Origin: Octopus sinensis
Taxonomy: Eukaryota
Assembly: GCF_006345805.1 (NCBI RefSeq)
Contig: NW_021827519.1
Coordinates: 1 to 27,073, forward strand
DNA length: 27,073 nucleotides
Direction of reading: 5' to 3'
Part shown: in pieces, positions 11,365-21,315 of the stretch
Layout: each line of letters starts with the position of its first letter
How positions within the stretch are numbered: position 1 is the first letter of the stretch
Notes under the pieces: model-generated
Told to the model about the DNA's origin: nothing
What the model saw: only the letters and a program-made list of their open reading frames with translations
The model's database searches: none
Made by a program: the position numbers and the translations under genes

Positions 11365-11589
11365 TGTTGATTCGTTAGCTACTGCACGCATTTTTTCTCT
11401 CTCTTTCTGTGTTTTTCTCTCTCTGTGTATCTTTCTGTTGAAGAGCGTAGGCTCGAAACGTTAAAGACTTGTTTTTATTTATTTCCTGAGCGCCATACTA
11501 ATACAATTGTTCGTTTGTTTTCCACCCTGCCTTCGTCTTTTGTTTATTTTCATAAGCTTCCCGTTATATGTATATATATATATATATAT

Positions 11590-11638
<49 letters not shown>

Positions 11639-11678
11639 AGAGAGAGAGAGAGAGATTGACAGATGTGTATGAGTGTGC

Positions 11679-11725
<47 letters not shown>

Positions 11726-11766
11726 CATACATATATATATACATATATATATATGTATGTATATAT

Positions 11767-11820
<54 letters not shown>

Positions 11821-11830
11821 ATATATACAA
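11201..11830. repeat. Large interrupted (TA)n/(TACA)n arrays (others at ~175-217, 4820-5012, 7225-7330, 8444-8600, 22797-22838, 22915-22990, 24700-24965)
   Basis: Directly visible. Confidence 0.95.
11373..11565 (+). mobile_element. ~190-bp repeat embedded in (TA)n, carrying a minimal hammerhead-like motif; partial copy at 8600-8670
   Basis: actaatac...tgtt.gttt...cttcgtc...ttt...ttc.c is shared with 8600-8670. Both copies abut (TA)n. Motif at 11430-11467. Confidence 0.6.
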
Positions 11831-13542
11831 GTACACACGTATACACAGACACACACACACGAACACGTACATACGTCAATATATTACATAGAAATATATA
11901 TTCATATGCGTGGCCGCTTTTACACACACACACACACGTGTTGCACAGATACACTGTCACTAATAATACGTCATTAAAACAATAGATTTTGCGCCTAAAT
12001 CTTTGTTCAACCAGTCTTTGGTGAGTTGGGGTCATTGAGGAATTGCAACTCCAAAAATTTGAAGTTTTGCTTTACATTCCTTGTTTTAATTTGGTAGAAT
12101 ATATGAATGCCATTTTATGTGTCTTGGTATTCGACCATATATATATATGGTAGCACAGACTGGCATGTACGTTGGTAGTTCATAGATATGATATCTACCA
12201 GTCAAAATGATTGAGATCCGACACTCGCGAGTTTGGCTTCAAAATATATTCCACTTCTGCATTTCATTGTAAATATTCACATCTACTCATTAGAAACCTC
12301 CTCTGATTAGGAGGAGGTTATTGAACAGTTGAGAGTCTTTAAGCAAACCAAGAAGTGACAGAAGAACATCACGTTAAATTATCTCTATAGATTCTCAATA
12401 GAAACTAAAGCCAGCCCTGAAAGTTACGGCATTTCCTACATGAATACGTCTATGTAAACAATGTGAACGAAGATAGAAAACTCGGGAATGGGTGTATATG
12501 AACATTTCAGGAATCCTTGCTCTTTCCTCAGCATCCAACACTTTCACCATCCTCCACGAACACATTGCTTAAAGAGCCAGCATGTTCAGCGAAATACAAT
12601 GTTCTTACCAGCGACTAACACTGAGTAATGTTTCTAATTCGAGTTATTCTCATAGTTTTCGCCGACAAAGTTTGCTACCAATCCCATCATGTATTTCCAT
12701 ATTTTTCTAGCAGACTGTGACGGCTCAAAGCTATGAACCTCTGCCACTAGTTCTGCTGCTGCTGCTGCTACGAGAACAGAGCACCAGTTGATCAGTTGTA
12801 AGTCAGTCGGGAAGTTTGACACTGAGAGATGACTACAGCTTGGCATTTATCACACAAACAACTGCGGTTGTTATATGTCTTCGGCTAAACTAACAGCTTC
12901 TTGGTCCCCTCCCCCACCAACCCCACTCTTATTTTTTCTTTTTATATATTCTTCGGTTCTTCCATCCAGACACTTGTCGGCATGTCGTTGCCATTTTGGT
13001 AATATCTACATACAGAAGAATTATCCTTACTAATTATATACACACATAAATGTATGTGTGAGTGTGTGTGTGTGTGTACATAAAGAACGCGATAAAAAAA
13101 GGAGCAAGTGACGGGTGGTAACGGTAATGGGAGCAGAGGTGGTTGGGAGATGTGGGGACGGTAAGAAAATTTTTTGCCCCAAATTTTATATAGGCCATGA
13201 TACAGTTTCTGAAATGTACACACACACACACACGCGGGAACATATAAATATGTAAGGGTGTGTAGTAATATATACATACATACATCTATCTATCTATATA
13301 TATATAATATATATATATATATATAATATATATATATATACACCTAATTCTACCACTTATGCTGTAATACGTCTGTACATTTAATTCTACGCAACACACA
13401 CCCCGGTATATATATATATAGTTTTAAGACACACAGAAAAGCATATATAATCGTACATCTGTATATTTGTCATTAAGAAACAGCGTACAGATATACACAC
13501 GTATTCGCTACTTTTCAAATTGTATATACATGTGTGTGTATG

Positions 13543-13588
<46 letters not shown>

Positions 13589-14462
13589 CATACATATATA
13601 TATATGTGTGTGTGTGTATACAAATGTATATTTGTTGAGTATGTCCCTGTGTAGTTCGTGCAGACTTAGTCTTTCACCAAACGATTCCTTAGGTTCTTGG
13701 CGTTACCATTTATTGATGACACAAAATACCTTCCACACCATGACCACCACCGTCAACTCTCCACACCTCACACATTACAAACGTGTATTTGTAATACCAC
13801 TCCATATTCCTCCACCCATCAGACGCTCTGAGCCAAATGAAGAAATCATCATCATCATTTACTCGCACTACGTGATGCATCACACACGCACTTAGGTATA
13901 TACAAACATGGCAACACACACATGATATACGCAAAACCAAAACGTACATACACTCACAAATACATACAAAACACAAACATACATACAGGCATACCAAAAT
14001 GTACACACACACACATGTATATACATAAAATCATATACGCACAGACACACACATATATGCCTCTCTATATATGTATTGATGTCCTTCTGTCGTCTGTCTG
14101 TCTGTCGTATGAATGAATGACTGTACAGTGTGTAGCATGGCTCGTTGGTACAACAGTCCAACGATGAGTTCAATTGTCCAATGAATTGTCTGAAATACGT
14201 TCGAATGAAGTGAGGGAGGGGAGAGAAGCGAACGAGTATTCTGTCGATAGATGGATCCTGAAAAATCGTTCTTAGATCAGGAGTTAGTGTAGCAAAGGGT
14301 GCCACCAAGATGGACCCTTCAATGATAGGGACTCTCCCGCCTTTCTGTCCATCCAGTTTCGCATATAAAGGTTCAATTGACCCGGGGTGGAGTAGAAACA
14401 TTTGCTCAAGACCGCCTACTTGCGAAGTGAGCTTCACAACCATTTGGTCTGTTCCGACCACA

Positions 14463-14495
<33 letters not shown>

Positions 14496-14713
14496 TACCT
14501 TTGTATTTGGGTATACACACGCAGGCATGTATATAGTATTTCATTATGCCTGTGTATGGCTAAAATTATAATAATCCAAACACACATACGAACATTATAG
14601 ACACATATATTACATATAAATAGTAGACATCAGTGAAATCTGCATATATATAGATACACATAGCCAATATATATATATGTGTGTGTGTGTGTGTCTGTAT
14701 TTATTAAAAGCTG

Positions 14714-14722
14714 ACTTACCAT
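14714..14722 (-). promoter_or_regulatory. 5' splice donor of the giant exon
   Basis: ATG|GTAAGT consensus exactly where coding-like sequence gives way to (CA)n/(TA)n. Confidence 0.8.
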
Positions 14723-16185
14723 TCCTTTTTTCTGTATATTCGTTCCAGCACTCCTTTGAGTTCGCGGCTGGGCCGAGTCCACTGGCTGGCAGAATAATTG
14801 TACAACGACCAGCAGCACGAAGAGAAGGTATTTCGTCCAGGAACCGAACCCGCTTCCATGGTAATTAAAACTGGACGATTTCGAATTGGAAAGCCGGTTG
14901 AGTGTTAACATCGGGTTAGATTTGGAACATTGAATCCGCGGCGGCACTGTTGTGCTGGCGACTGGAAACGACGGAGATTTTGGTAAGTCTGACGGAGCTG
15001 TGCCTGTGGGGGATAACATTGCTTCTACTACAGGAGGTGGGGGTTGTGGTGATGAGGATGCTGATGATGATGATGGTGGTGGTGGTGGTGGTGGTGGTAG
15101 GGGTGATAATTCTGATGGTGTTTCTGCTGATGTTATTGAAGGTGGTGATGATGATGATGCTGTTGTTGATGATGAGGATGTTGATGATATTGATGATGAA
15201 GATGATGATGGAATCGGGGCAGATGATGAAGAAAGAGATGAAGGTAGCAGCAATGGCTTTATGTTGGTGTGGGACTTGTTGAGGGGCGACGAGTAAATAA
15301 GGGTGTATACACTAGAGGGAGACAGCTGGGTCCAACGCTGGCCGTGTGTAGTTGTCGACATGTTGATGGCTTCCCTTTCTGACAGTTTTGCCGAAGTCAA
15401 GAACTGTGGAGCGGCGGCTGAGCCGAAGCTGCTGCTGCTGCTGTTTGTAGTTGATGGAGGAGTCAGAGTAAGATGATGAAGGGAAGCAGCAGCGGCGGCG
15501 GCGTCAGTTGGCGGAGGTGGTGGTGGCGATGGTGGTAGTAGTAGCAGGGAAGAACAGCTGTCAGTAGGGGAGGCCGTCGGAGGATAACCCTCGCTCACAT
15601 CATCACCACAATCATCATCATCATCATCATCATCATCATATACTTCCACCTTATTGTTCTTCCTAATGTTGTTGTTTTTGTTGCTCGTGCTGGTTGCCGC
15701 CGTCATCGACCGAGAGGTGGCGCTGTTGGTGAAATCAGCTTTACGGTCTTCTAACTCTTGCCTTCTCCTCATCGCTGCTACTTTCTCATCTCTAATCTTG
15801 TTATTGCTATTGTTGCTGCTGCTGTTGTTGTTATTGTTAATGGTGGTGGTGTTGTTGTTGTTATTGTAGCAGTCCAAGTCGAGACCGAAGAACATCACCA
15901 TTTCGCTCGCTTCTTTCTCCATCCGAAACTCGCTTATTTCTACACAGTTTTTGCTGCTGTTCTTGTTGTTGTTGCTGTTGTTGTTGTTTCCTCGACAATC
16001 GCAGACTCTGTTATTATCGTCGATTTTACTTTTATCGCCGATCTCGTTTATCTTCTCGTCGTCAACGCGTTTTCTATCGCATCTTTTGATACTGCTGCTG
16101 CTGCTGTTGTTGCTGCTGCTGCCGTTATTGATGTTGTTGCGGTTCCTTGTTTTTGTTTGTTTCGTTCTAGTAGCAGTAGCAGTAG
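14720..16185 (-). CDS. Segment 3 of giant-exon ORF: Asn/Ser/Pro/Asp-rich, ending ...WTKYLLFVLLVVVQLFCQPVDSAQPRTQRSAGTNIQKKGM at a phase-0 donor
   Basis: The frame of the 430-aa ORF stays open upstream of its ATG to ~16206. It shows a hydrophobic stretch, an AxA-like site (VDS-A) and RTQR. The frame ends at ATG|GTAAGT. Confidence 0.7.
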
Positions 16186-17501
16186 AGTAGTAGTAGTAGT
16201 AAGTTCAGTGGTGACTGTAGTGTTAGGTTCAGCTGTGAAATTAGTTGTTTGTGTTAAAGTGTTATTAAACCCATCCCTAGATGTGCCATCATCATCACCA
16301 TCGTCATCATCGTCACCATCGCCGTCATCGTCAGCGTCATCGTCAGCGTGGTGGTCGTCATGTGCAGTGAAGAGGCTGTCGTCACAGTTGTTGGCAGGCA
16401 GCGCGGCTGCACCTCCATTGATGTTGTCTAAACAGGCTCGGTTACAATAGCAGCGAGGAGGAGGAGGAGGAGGAGGAGTGGTGTGTTGCTGGAGTCGATC
16501 GGGTTGTTGTGGTTTCGCTTCCACTTGGCATCGGCAATCCAAAGTTGTTACCTTTCTCATAGAAGGCGAAGAAGGGGAGGAGGTAACGACAGTGTTTCTG
16601 ACGGTGGTGTCGCTGTGGCTACGAAGAACCAGAGGACGGATAACGCCAGATGGATTACCACTGGAGTTCAGTGCTCTTACTACGACTACTACTACTACTA
16701 CTATTACCATCGCCGCCGCCACCACCACCACCACTACTTCTGCCACCACAGTTGTTGTTGTTGCCAACACTACAGCTGACTTGAAAGCCATTAACAACTG
16801 TTTTATATCCGACTCCTCTTCAGCAGTTTGTATCTTTTGTTTGTAGCCATGTTGTTGTGTTGTTGTGTCGTCGAAGTAATAATAATAATAGTAAAAGTAA
16901 TGGTGGTGGTAGTCATAACCTCGATCACTACAGAAGCGACCGTTAGTAGTAGTAGTAAGATAAGGTGGTGGTGGTGGAGCCAGTTTTTTGCTTTGGTGGG
17001 GAAAGGAGTAGTGAAAGGCTTTAATTACCAGCTTCACTGCAAGACTTCCTAATTCTGGTTGCCAGAGGCAGGAGGCTGAGGATGAAGATCTTTGTAGAGA
17101 ATATAATGGCAAAGATGGTTGTGCCAGGGGTGGCGCTGGTGTGGCTGCCGTCTCTGGCTGCCATCCTGAACACTGGGATCTTCTCAGTTTTGATGATGTC
17201 AGCATTTCTCTTCGAGTTTGGTCACTTTTAACTGGCAGCCATTTGTTCCTGTATTCTTCCCTGGAGATTCCACTTTGTGTAGTAAATTCTTCGACCATTC
17301 CCTTTCTTTGTCTATTCCATTTTAGTTCTGCCAGCACTTTTTTTGTCTCTTCTATCCCACCCTTTGTCTCATCTACCCGTTTAAACTTCACAAACAACAC
17401 TTTTCCACTAAACAACTCACCACAACTTTCATCATCGCCTAACGTTTCCCTTTTCAACATTTTTCTCCGACAGCGCGCTTTTTCTGCTCTGCTGCTGCTG
17501 C

Positions 17502-17565
<64 letters not shown>

Positions 17566-18219
17566 TGCAGCTGTGGTCATGGTGGTGGTGGTGGTGACGA
17601 TATTTCTATTAATATTATCGTCTGCTTTTATAAGTGTCAAAGAGTGAGTCGGTTTACCATCAGCGACGTCTCGGTCGCCTTTGCCGCTGTTCATGTGGCT
17701 TCTGTTGCAATAGCCATCAGATCGAGATAACGTATTCGAGCTCTCTTCATGCGTATCCCATATCTCGGAAGCAATGGTCAGAGCCGGACCCATAATACCA
17801 TTTACAATGACACCGCTATCTCTACTTACTATGATTCTGTCTTCAGAATCAAGCTTACCAATGTCCGATTCTTGCAGCATCTGGTCGTCAAAGAAGAGAA
17901 CTCTATGATGACCTGAAAGATACAAATGTTTGTTGGTGATATGTAAGTGACAATGATCATGATGAAGAGGATGATAAAGACGAGGAGGATGAAGAGGTAG
18001 ATGATAATTATGATGATGGTGAAGACGATAAAAACGTGAATGCCAACTTTGTGGAGAATTAACTATTTTAATCTCATCATTTGGTCCGTTTTTACCAATC
18101 ATTGTCCAGACATTGAACATTGCAGCTTTAGGTTCCATTGTTCCGTCAATTGCAGCGATCGGATCGATTAATCTTCCTGTTTTTGGTGCTATTTTCTTCG
18201 GCAAAGAAGCCAACTGAGG
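16186..18219 (-). CDS. Segment 2 of giant-exon ORF (same frame as segment 1): low-complexity protein with poly-N, poly-D, His-rich and Pro tracts
   Basis: 721-codon ORF starting 2 codons after the TAG in the same frame, including ~400 codons of largely non-repetitive open sequence (17000-18200). Dinucleotide microsatellites are absent, unlike the flanks. Confidence 0.65.
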
Positions 18220-19497
18220 CTAAGGTGGAGACGACGATGGAGGCGTTGAGGTCGGGGAAGTCAACAAGGAAGTTGGCGGCGGCGGTGGTGGTGTTGTTGG
18301 TGGTGGCGGTGTTGGTGGAGGTGCTGTAGGCAACGGAGATAATGGAATTTCAGAGGCGAGTGAAGAAGGAGGCGGGTAGAGTGAAGAGGGAGAGATAGAT
18401 GAAGGTGATCCCGGAGAAGAAGAAGCAGACGAAGAGAAAAACCCCGAAGAGGAAACATTGAAAGTTGGTAAGAGCATGCGTGACAGGATGTTGTTGGTTC
18501 TAAAGCGTTGATTTATTGCTTTTGGCGAAGATGGCGCTTTCTCTGATTGCTGGGTCGAGTTCAAAACAGGCACAACGAGTGGAGTATTGGAGCGAAGCGA
18601 CGAAGTGACTTGTTGAAGTTGTTGTTTCTGCGGTTTTGGTGAGTCGTCGGTCGGTATAGGTGTTCCATCATCGCTTCGTAGAGTTGAATTTGTGTTGGAG
18701 TCAGAAGCAATCACCTTCAAAGCATGAGTCAGTTGATAATCGAAAGAGCGTCGTTGATCAATTGATGAAGCGTGTGTGGCGTCAGGCAGAGCGGAGGAAG
18801 TTGTTGGCGGTGTCGGTTGGTGTCCGAGTGAAGGAGCATGTTCCGGGGGTTCGCCTTTAACTGCTGTGTCAGAAGATGGCAAGAATGCAGGAAAGCAAGA
18901 AGACATTGTCTGCGACGATGCCGAGCCGGTTGTTTCGAGTGACGGATGAGATGATGGAGATATCAACGAAGAAGACATTGATAAAGGCATTGATGGCGGC
19001 GACGTGGTTGACGGAGTCGCAGGAGAATTCAACGAGAACGACGAAGGACATGGACTTGACCTTGATGTCAAAGTTGATGAGGTGAAAGTTGACGAAGTTT
19101 TCTTATCGATCGAGACTAGTTGCGATAGTGACGGAGGTTTCCGCTTGCTGAGGGGTAATGTTGGAGAAGGCGCGGCTAAAAGCGTTGCTGACTCCTGAAT
19201 TGAGGCCCCGGTTGATGGACGGGACGCGGATTCCGCATCGCTATGAGCTGACCCCGAATCACCAGTCGGGTTTTCAAGGACACTTGAGGAAGATACTGAG
19301 TCACGCCCAGAATCAGAACCAGGTTCCTGCTTACCCAAATTCTTCACTTGCATTTCACACTTGGAATCCTGTTTAAACTCCTCTTCCGCTCTATAATCGA
19401 CTTTCAGTGTTACAGTCACAGCCCCTTCATCGACCAATTCGCCGACGCTATTTTCGGTTGCCGTGGAAACCGTCCGATCTAGACAGGAGGACGCCAT
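18220..19497 (-). CDS. Segment 1 of giant-exon ORF: 425-aa Ser/Pro/Thr-rich disordered N-terminus, ends at an in-frame TAG
   Basis: ATG in aagATGg context. Upstream in-frame TAG at 19531-19533. No ATG in the 394 nt between the acceptor and this ATG. Long open frame with only triplet-type repeats. Product not recognised. Confidence 0.7.
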   Translation of the reverse strand: MASSCLDRTVSTATENSVGELVDEGAVTVTLKVDYRAEEEFKQDSKCEMQVKNLGKQEPGSDSGRDSVSSSSVLENPTGDSGSAHSDAESASRPSTGASIQESATLLAAPSPTLPLSKRKPPSLSQLVSIDKKTSSTFTSSTLTSRSSPCPSSFSLNSPATPSTTSPPSMPLSMSSSLISPSSHPSLETTGSASSQTMSSCFPAFLPSSDTAVKGEPPEHAPSLGHQPTPPTTSSALPDATHASSIDQRRSFDYQLTHALKVIASDSNTNSTLRSDDGTPIPTDDSPKPQKQQLQQVTSSLRSNTPLVVPVLNSTQQSEKAPSSPKAINQRFRTNNILSRMLLPTFNVSSSGFFSSSASSSPGSPSSISPSSLYPPPSSLASEIPLSPLPTAPPPTPPPPTTPPPPPPTSLLTSPTSTPPSSSPP

Positions 19498-19891
19498 CTT
19501 TTCGAGCCGCTGGGTTTTGCTCAGATTGAACTACTGGAAGAGAATTATTCTGTTATCCTTTCGTACCCCTGCCCAAACCAAACTTCCCTATTTTCTTTAT
19601 TCCACCCCTTTTTATCTCACAATGTCTTATTACAGTTTTTGTTGTTAGCGTTGTAGTTTTTATTTTTTTCTTCGGTTTTTCTGTCTGTCTTTTTTTTTTT
19701 ATATATATATTGTCGTTTCCCTAAATTTCAGGTTTTAGTCTTTCGATGACTGGTTGTGAGAATGGATGATGTGGTTGATAAGATCGCCAATCAAACGAGG
19801 TGCTCTACAGTCTTCCCCTCCTCCTCTTCGATCACCTCCAATAACTAACAGAAAATCACTTCTTCCCTCTTTGATGTTTAAAAGGATTTTT
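19498..19891 (-). other. 5' UTR portion of the giant exon, free of upstream AUGs
   Basis: No CAT on the plus strand in 19498-19891. Bounded by the acceptor and the Kozak ATG. Confidence 0.6.
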
Positions 19892-19935
19892 CTGGAAAGA
19901 AAAGAAAAAAAGAAAAAAAGTTAATAAAATTTCAA
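19892..19935 (-). promoter_or_regulatory. 3' splice acceptor of the giant exon (exon starts at 19891)
   Basis: Minus strand reads ttttattaactttttttcttttttcttttctttcCAG|A: long polypyrimidine tract plus CAG. Confidence 0.75.
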
Positions 19936-19966
19936 AACCGAAAAAAGGAAGTATGTGATTGTTTGC

Positions 19967-19968
<2 letters not shown>

Positions 19969-20024
<56 letters not shown>
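19969..20024. repeat. (GT)28 microsatellite in the intron upstream of the giant exon
   Basis: Direct count. Confidence 0.95.
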
Positions 20025-20025
<1 letters not shown>

Positions 20026-20584
20026 GTGTGAAGATGACTGTAATTCCTGCTGCATGACCGGCGATATTTGATCCCCGATTTAGCGTTCGATAGTCCCTGG
20101 TCAGACAGAAGTAAGTTCTAGAGTCGATAACATTGACTAAAACTTACAAAGGCGTTGATCCAGTGTGACAACAATCCCATGACTAACACCAATAACGATT
20201 ATATACACACCCACTCACAAACCTACAGGCTCGCGGGCGTGAATGTAAACGCCAGTGTGTGTGTGTGTGTGTATTATACGAACTTGGATACACAATTGCA
20301 GGATGGGTGACGTAAGCAGGTGCTGGCCCCACCTGCTTATAATGTACTGAATGTTGGAGTGAAGAGAGGTGGACGAGGAGCCCCATGTGCTCTCACCCCA
20401 TATCTTCTACTCGTCCTTTTCATCCTCCACCCCACTACGCCACCTACCCGAGCCTGCCATCATCTACCCTGACTCACCTCCCCCACCACCCTCCTCCCCC
20501 CCCACCAATCACTCTTCAAACCTCGTCACCACACACAATACAAACATTGGCCTTTCTGTCTTCTTTGGGTATGTGTATGTGTGC

Positions 20585-20627
20585 ACGTATGTATGTATAT
20601 ATGTATGTATGTATATATGTATGTATG

Positions 20628-20661
<34 letters not shown>

Positions 20662-20671
20662 TGTATGTTTG

Positions 20672-20764
<93 letters not shown>

Positions 20765-20769
20765 GATAA

Positions 20770-20806
<37 letters not shown>
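20585..20806. repeat. Compound (ATGT)n(ATCT)n(AGAT)n(AG)n microsatellite; the ATCT/AGAT switch forms a fold-back
   Basis: Directly visible. (ATCT)n is followed immediately by its reverse complement (AGAT)n. Confidence 0.9.
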
Positions 20807-20875
20807 AGACAGGCAGACAAATGACTAAACACACACGCATACTTAAGTGTATGTGTGTGTGAGTAAGAATTCATA

Positions 20876-20906
<31 letters not shown>

Positions 20907-20909
<3 letters not shown>

Positions 20910-21315
20910 TTCTTTATTGGTAAACATAGAGGGGATAAACAAGAACAGATAAAGGGATTAAGTCAATTACATCGACCCCAGTGCGTAACTGGTACTTATT
21001 TAATCAACCCCGAAAGGATGAAAAGTAAAGTCGACCTCGGCGTAATTTGATTGAACTCAGAACATAAAGACAGACGAAATACCTATTTCTTTACTACCCA
21101 CAAGGGGCTAAACACAGAGAGGACAAACAGGGACATACAAACGGATCAAGTCGATTATATCGACCCCAGTGCGTAACTGGTACTTATTTAATCGACCCCG
21201 AAAGGATGAAAGGCAAAGTCGACCTCAGCGGAATTTGAACTCAGAACGTAACGGCAGACGAAATACTGCTACGCATTTCGCCCGGCGTGCTAACATTTGT
21301 GCCAGCTCGCTGCCT
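20907..21315 (-). mobile_element. Head-to-tail dimer of SINE family A (20907-21083 headless unit, 21084-21315 complete unit)
   Basis: Two near-identical blocks atcgaccccagtgcgtaactggtacttatttaatc.accccgaaaggatgaaa.g.aaagtcgacctc.gcg.aatttga...actcagaac, with unit starts 177 bp apart. Confidence 0.85.

Larger units (their letters stand above)
11146..12202. repeat. 55-bp inverted repeat pair (11146-11200 / 12148-12202), 53/55 identical
   Basis: Direct manual comparison; the only differences are AG vs TC. Confidence 0.95.

Noticed and set aside
14499-14639. 141-nt segment with GCAG| and AAG|GTAATA, 80 nt after the giant-exon donor
   Set aside because: Stops in all three frames and no polypyrimidine tract. 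A poison exon cannot be excluded but is unsupported.
16140-16170. Programmed -1 frameshift at the A-rich CAAAAAC run
   Set aside because: Not an in-frame X-XXY-YYZ heptamer, and no clear downstream stimulator. The repeat phase break at 16185 explains the shift more simply.
14950-17647. Plus-strand poly-Leu/Val/Met ORFs resembling membrane proteins
   Set aside because: They are antisense shadows of the triplet repeats in the minus-strand exon.
20340-20560. Plus-strand His/Pro-rich reading (HPPPHYATYPSLPSS)
   Set aside because: Short, C-rich low complexity, runs into microsatellite, no splice support.
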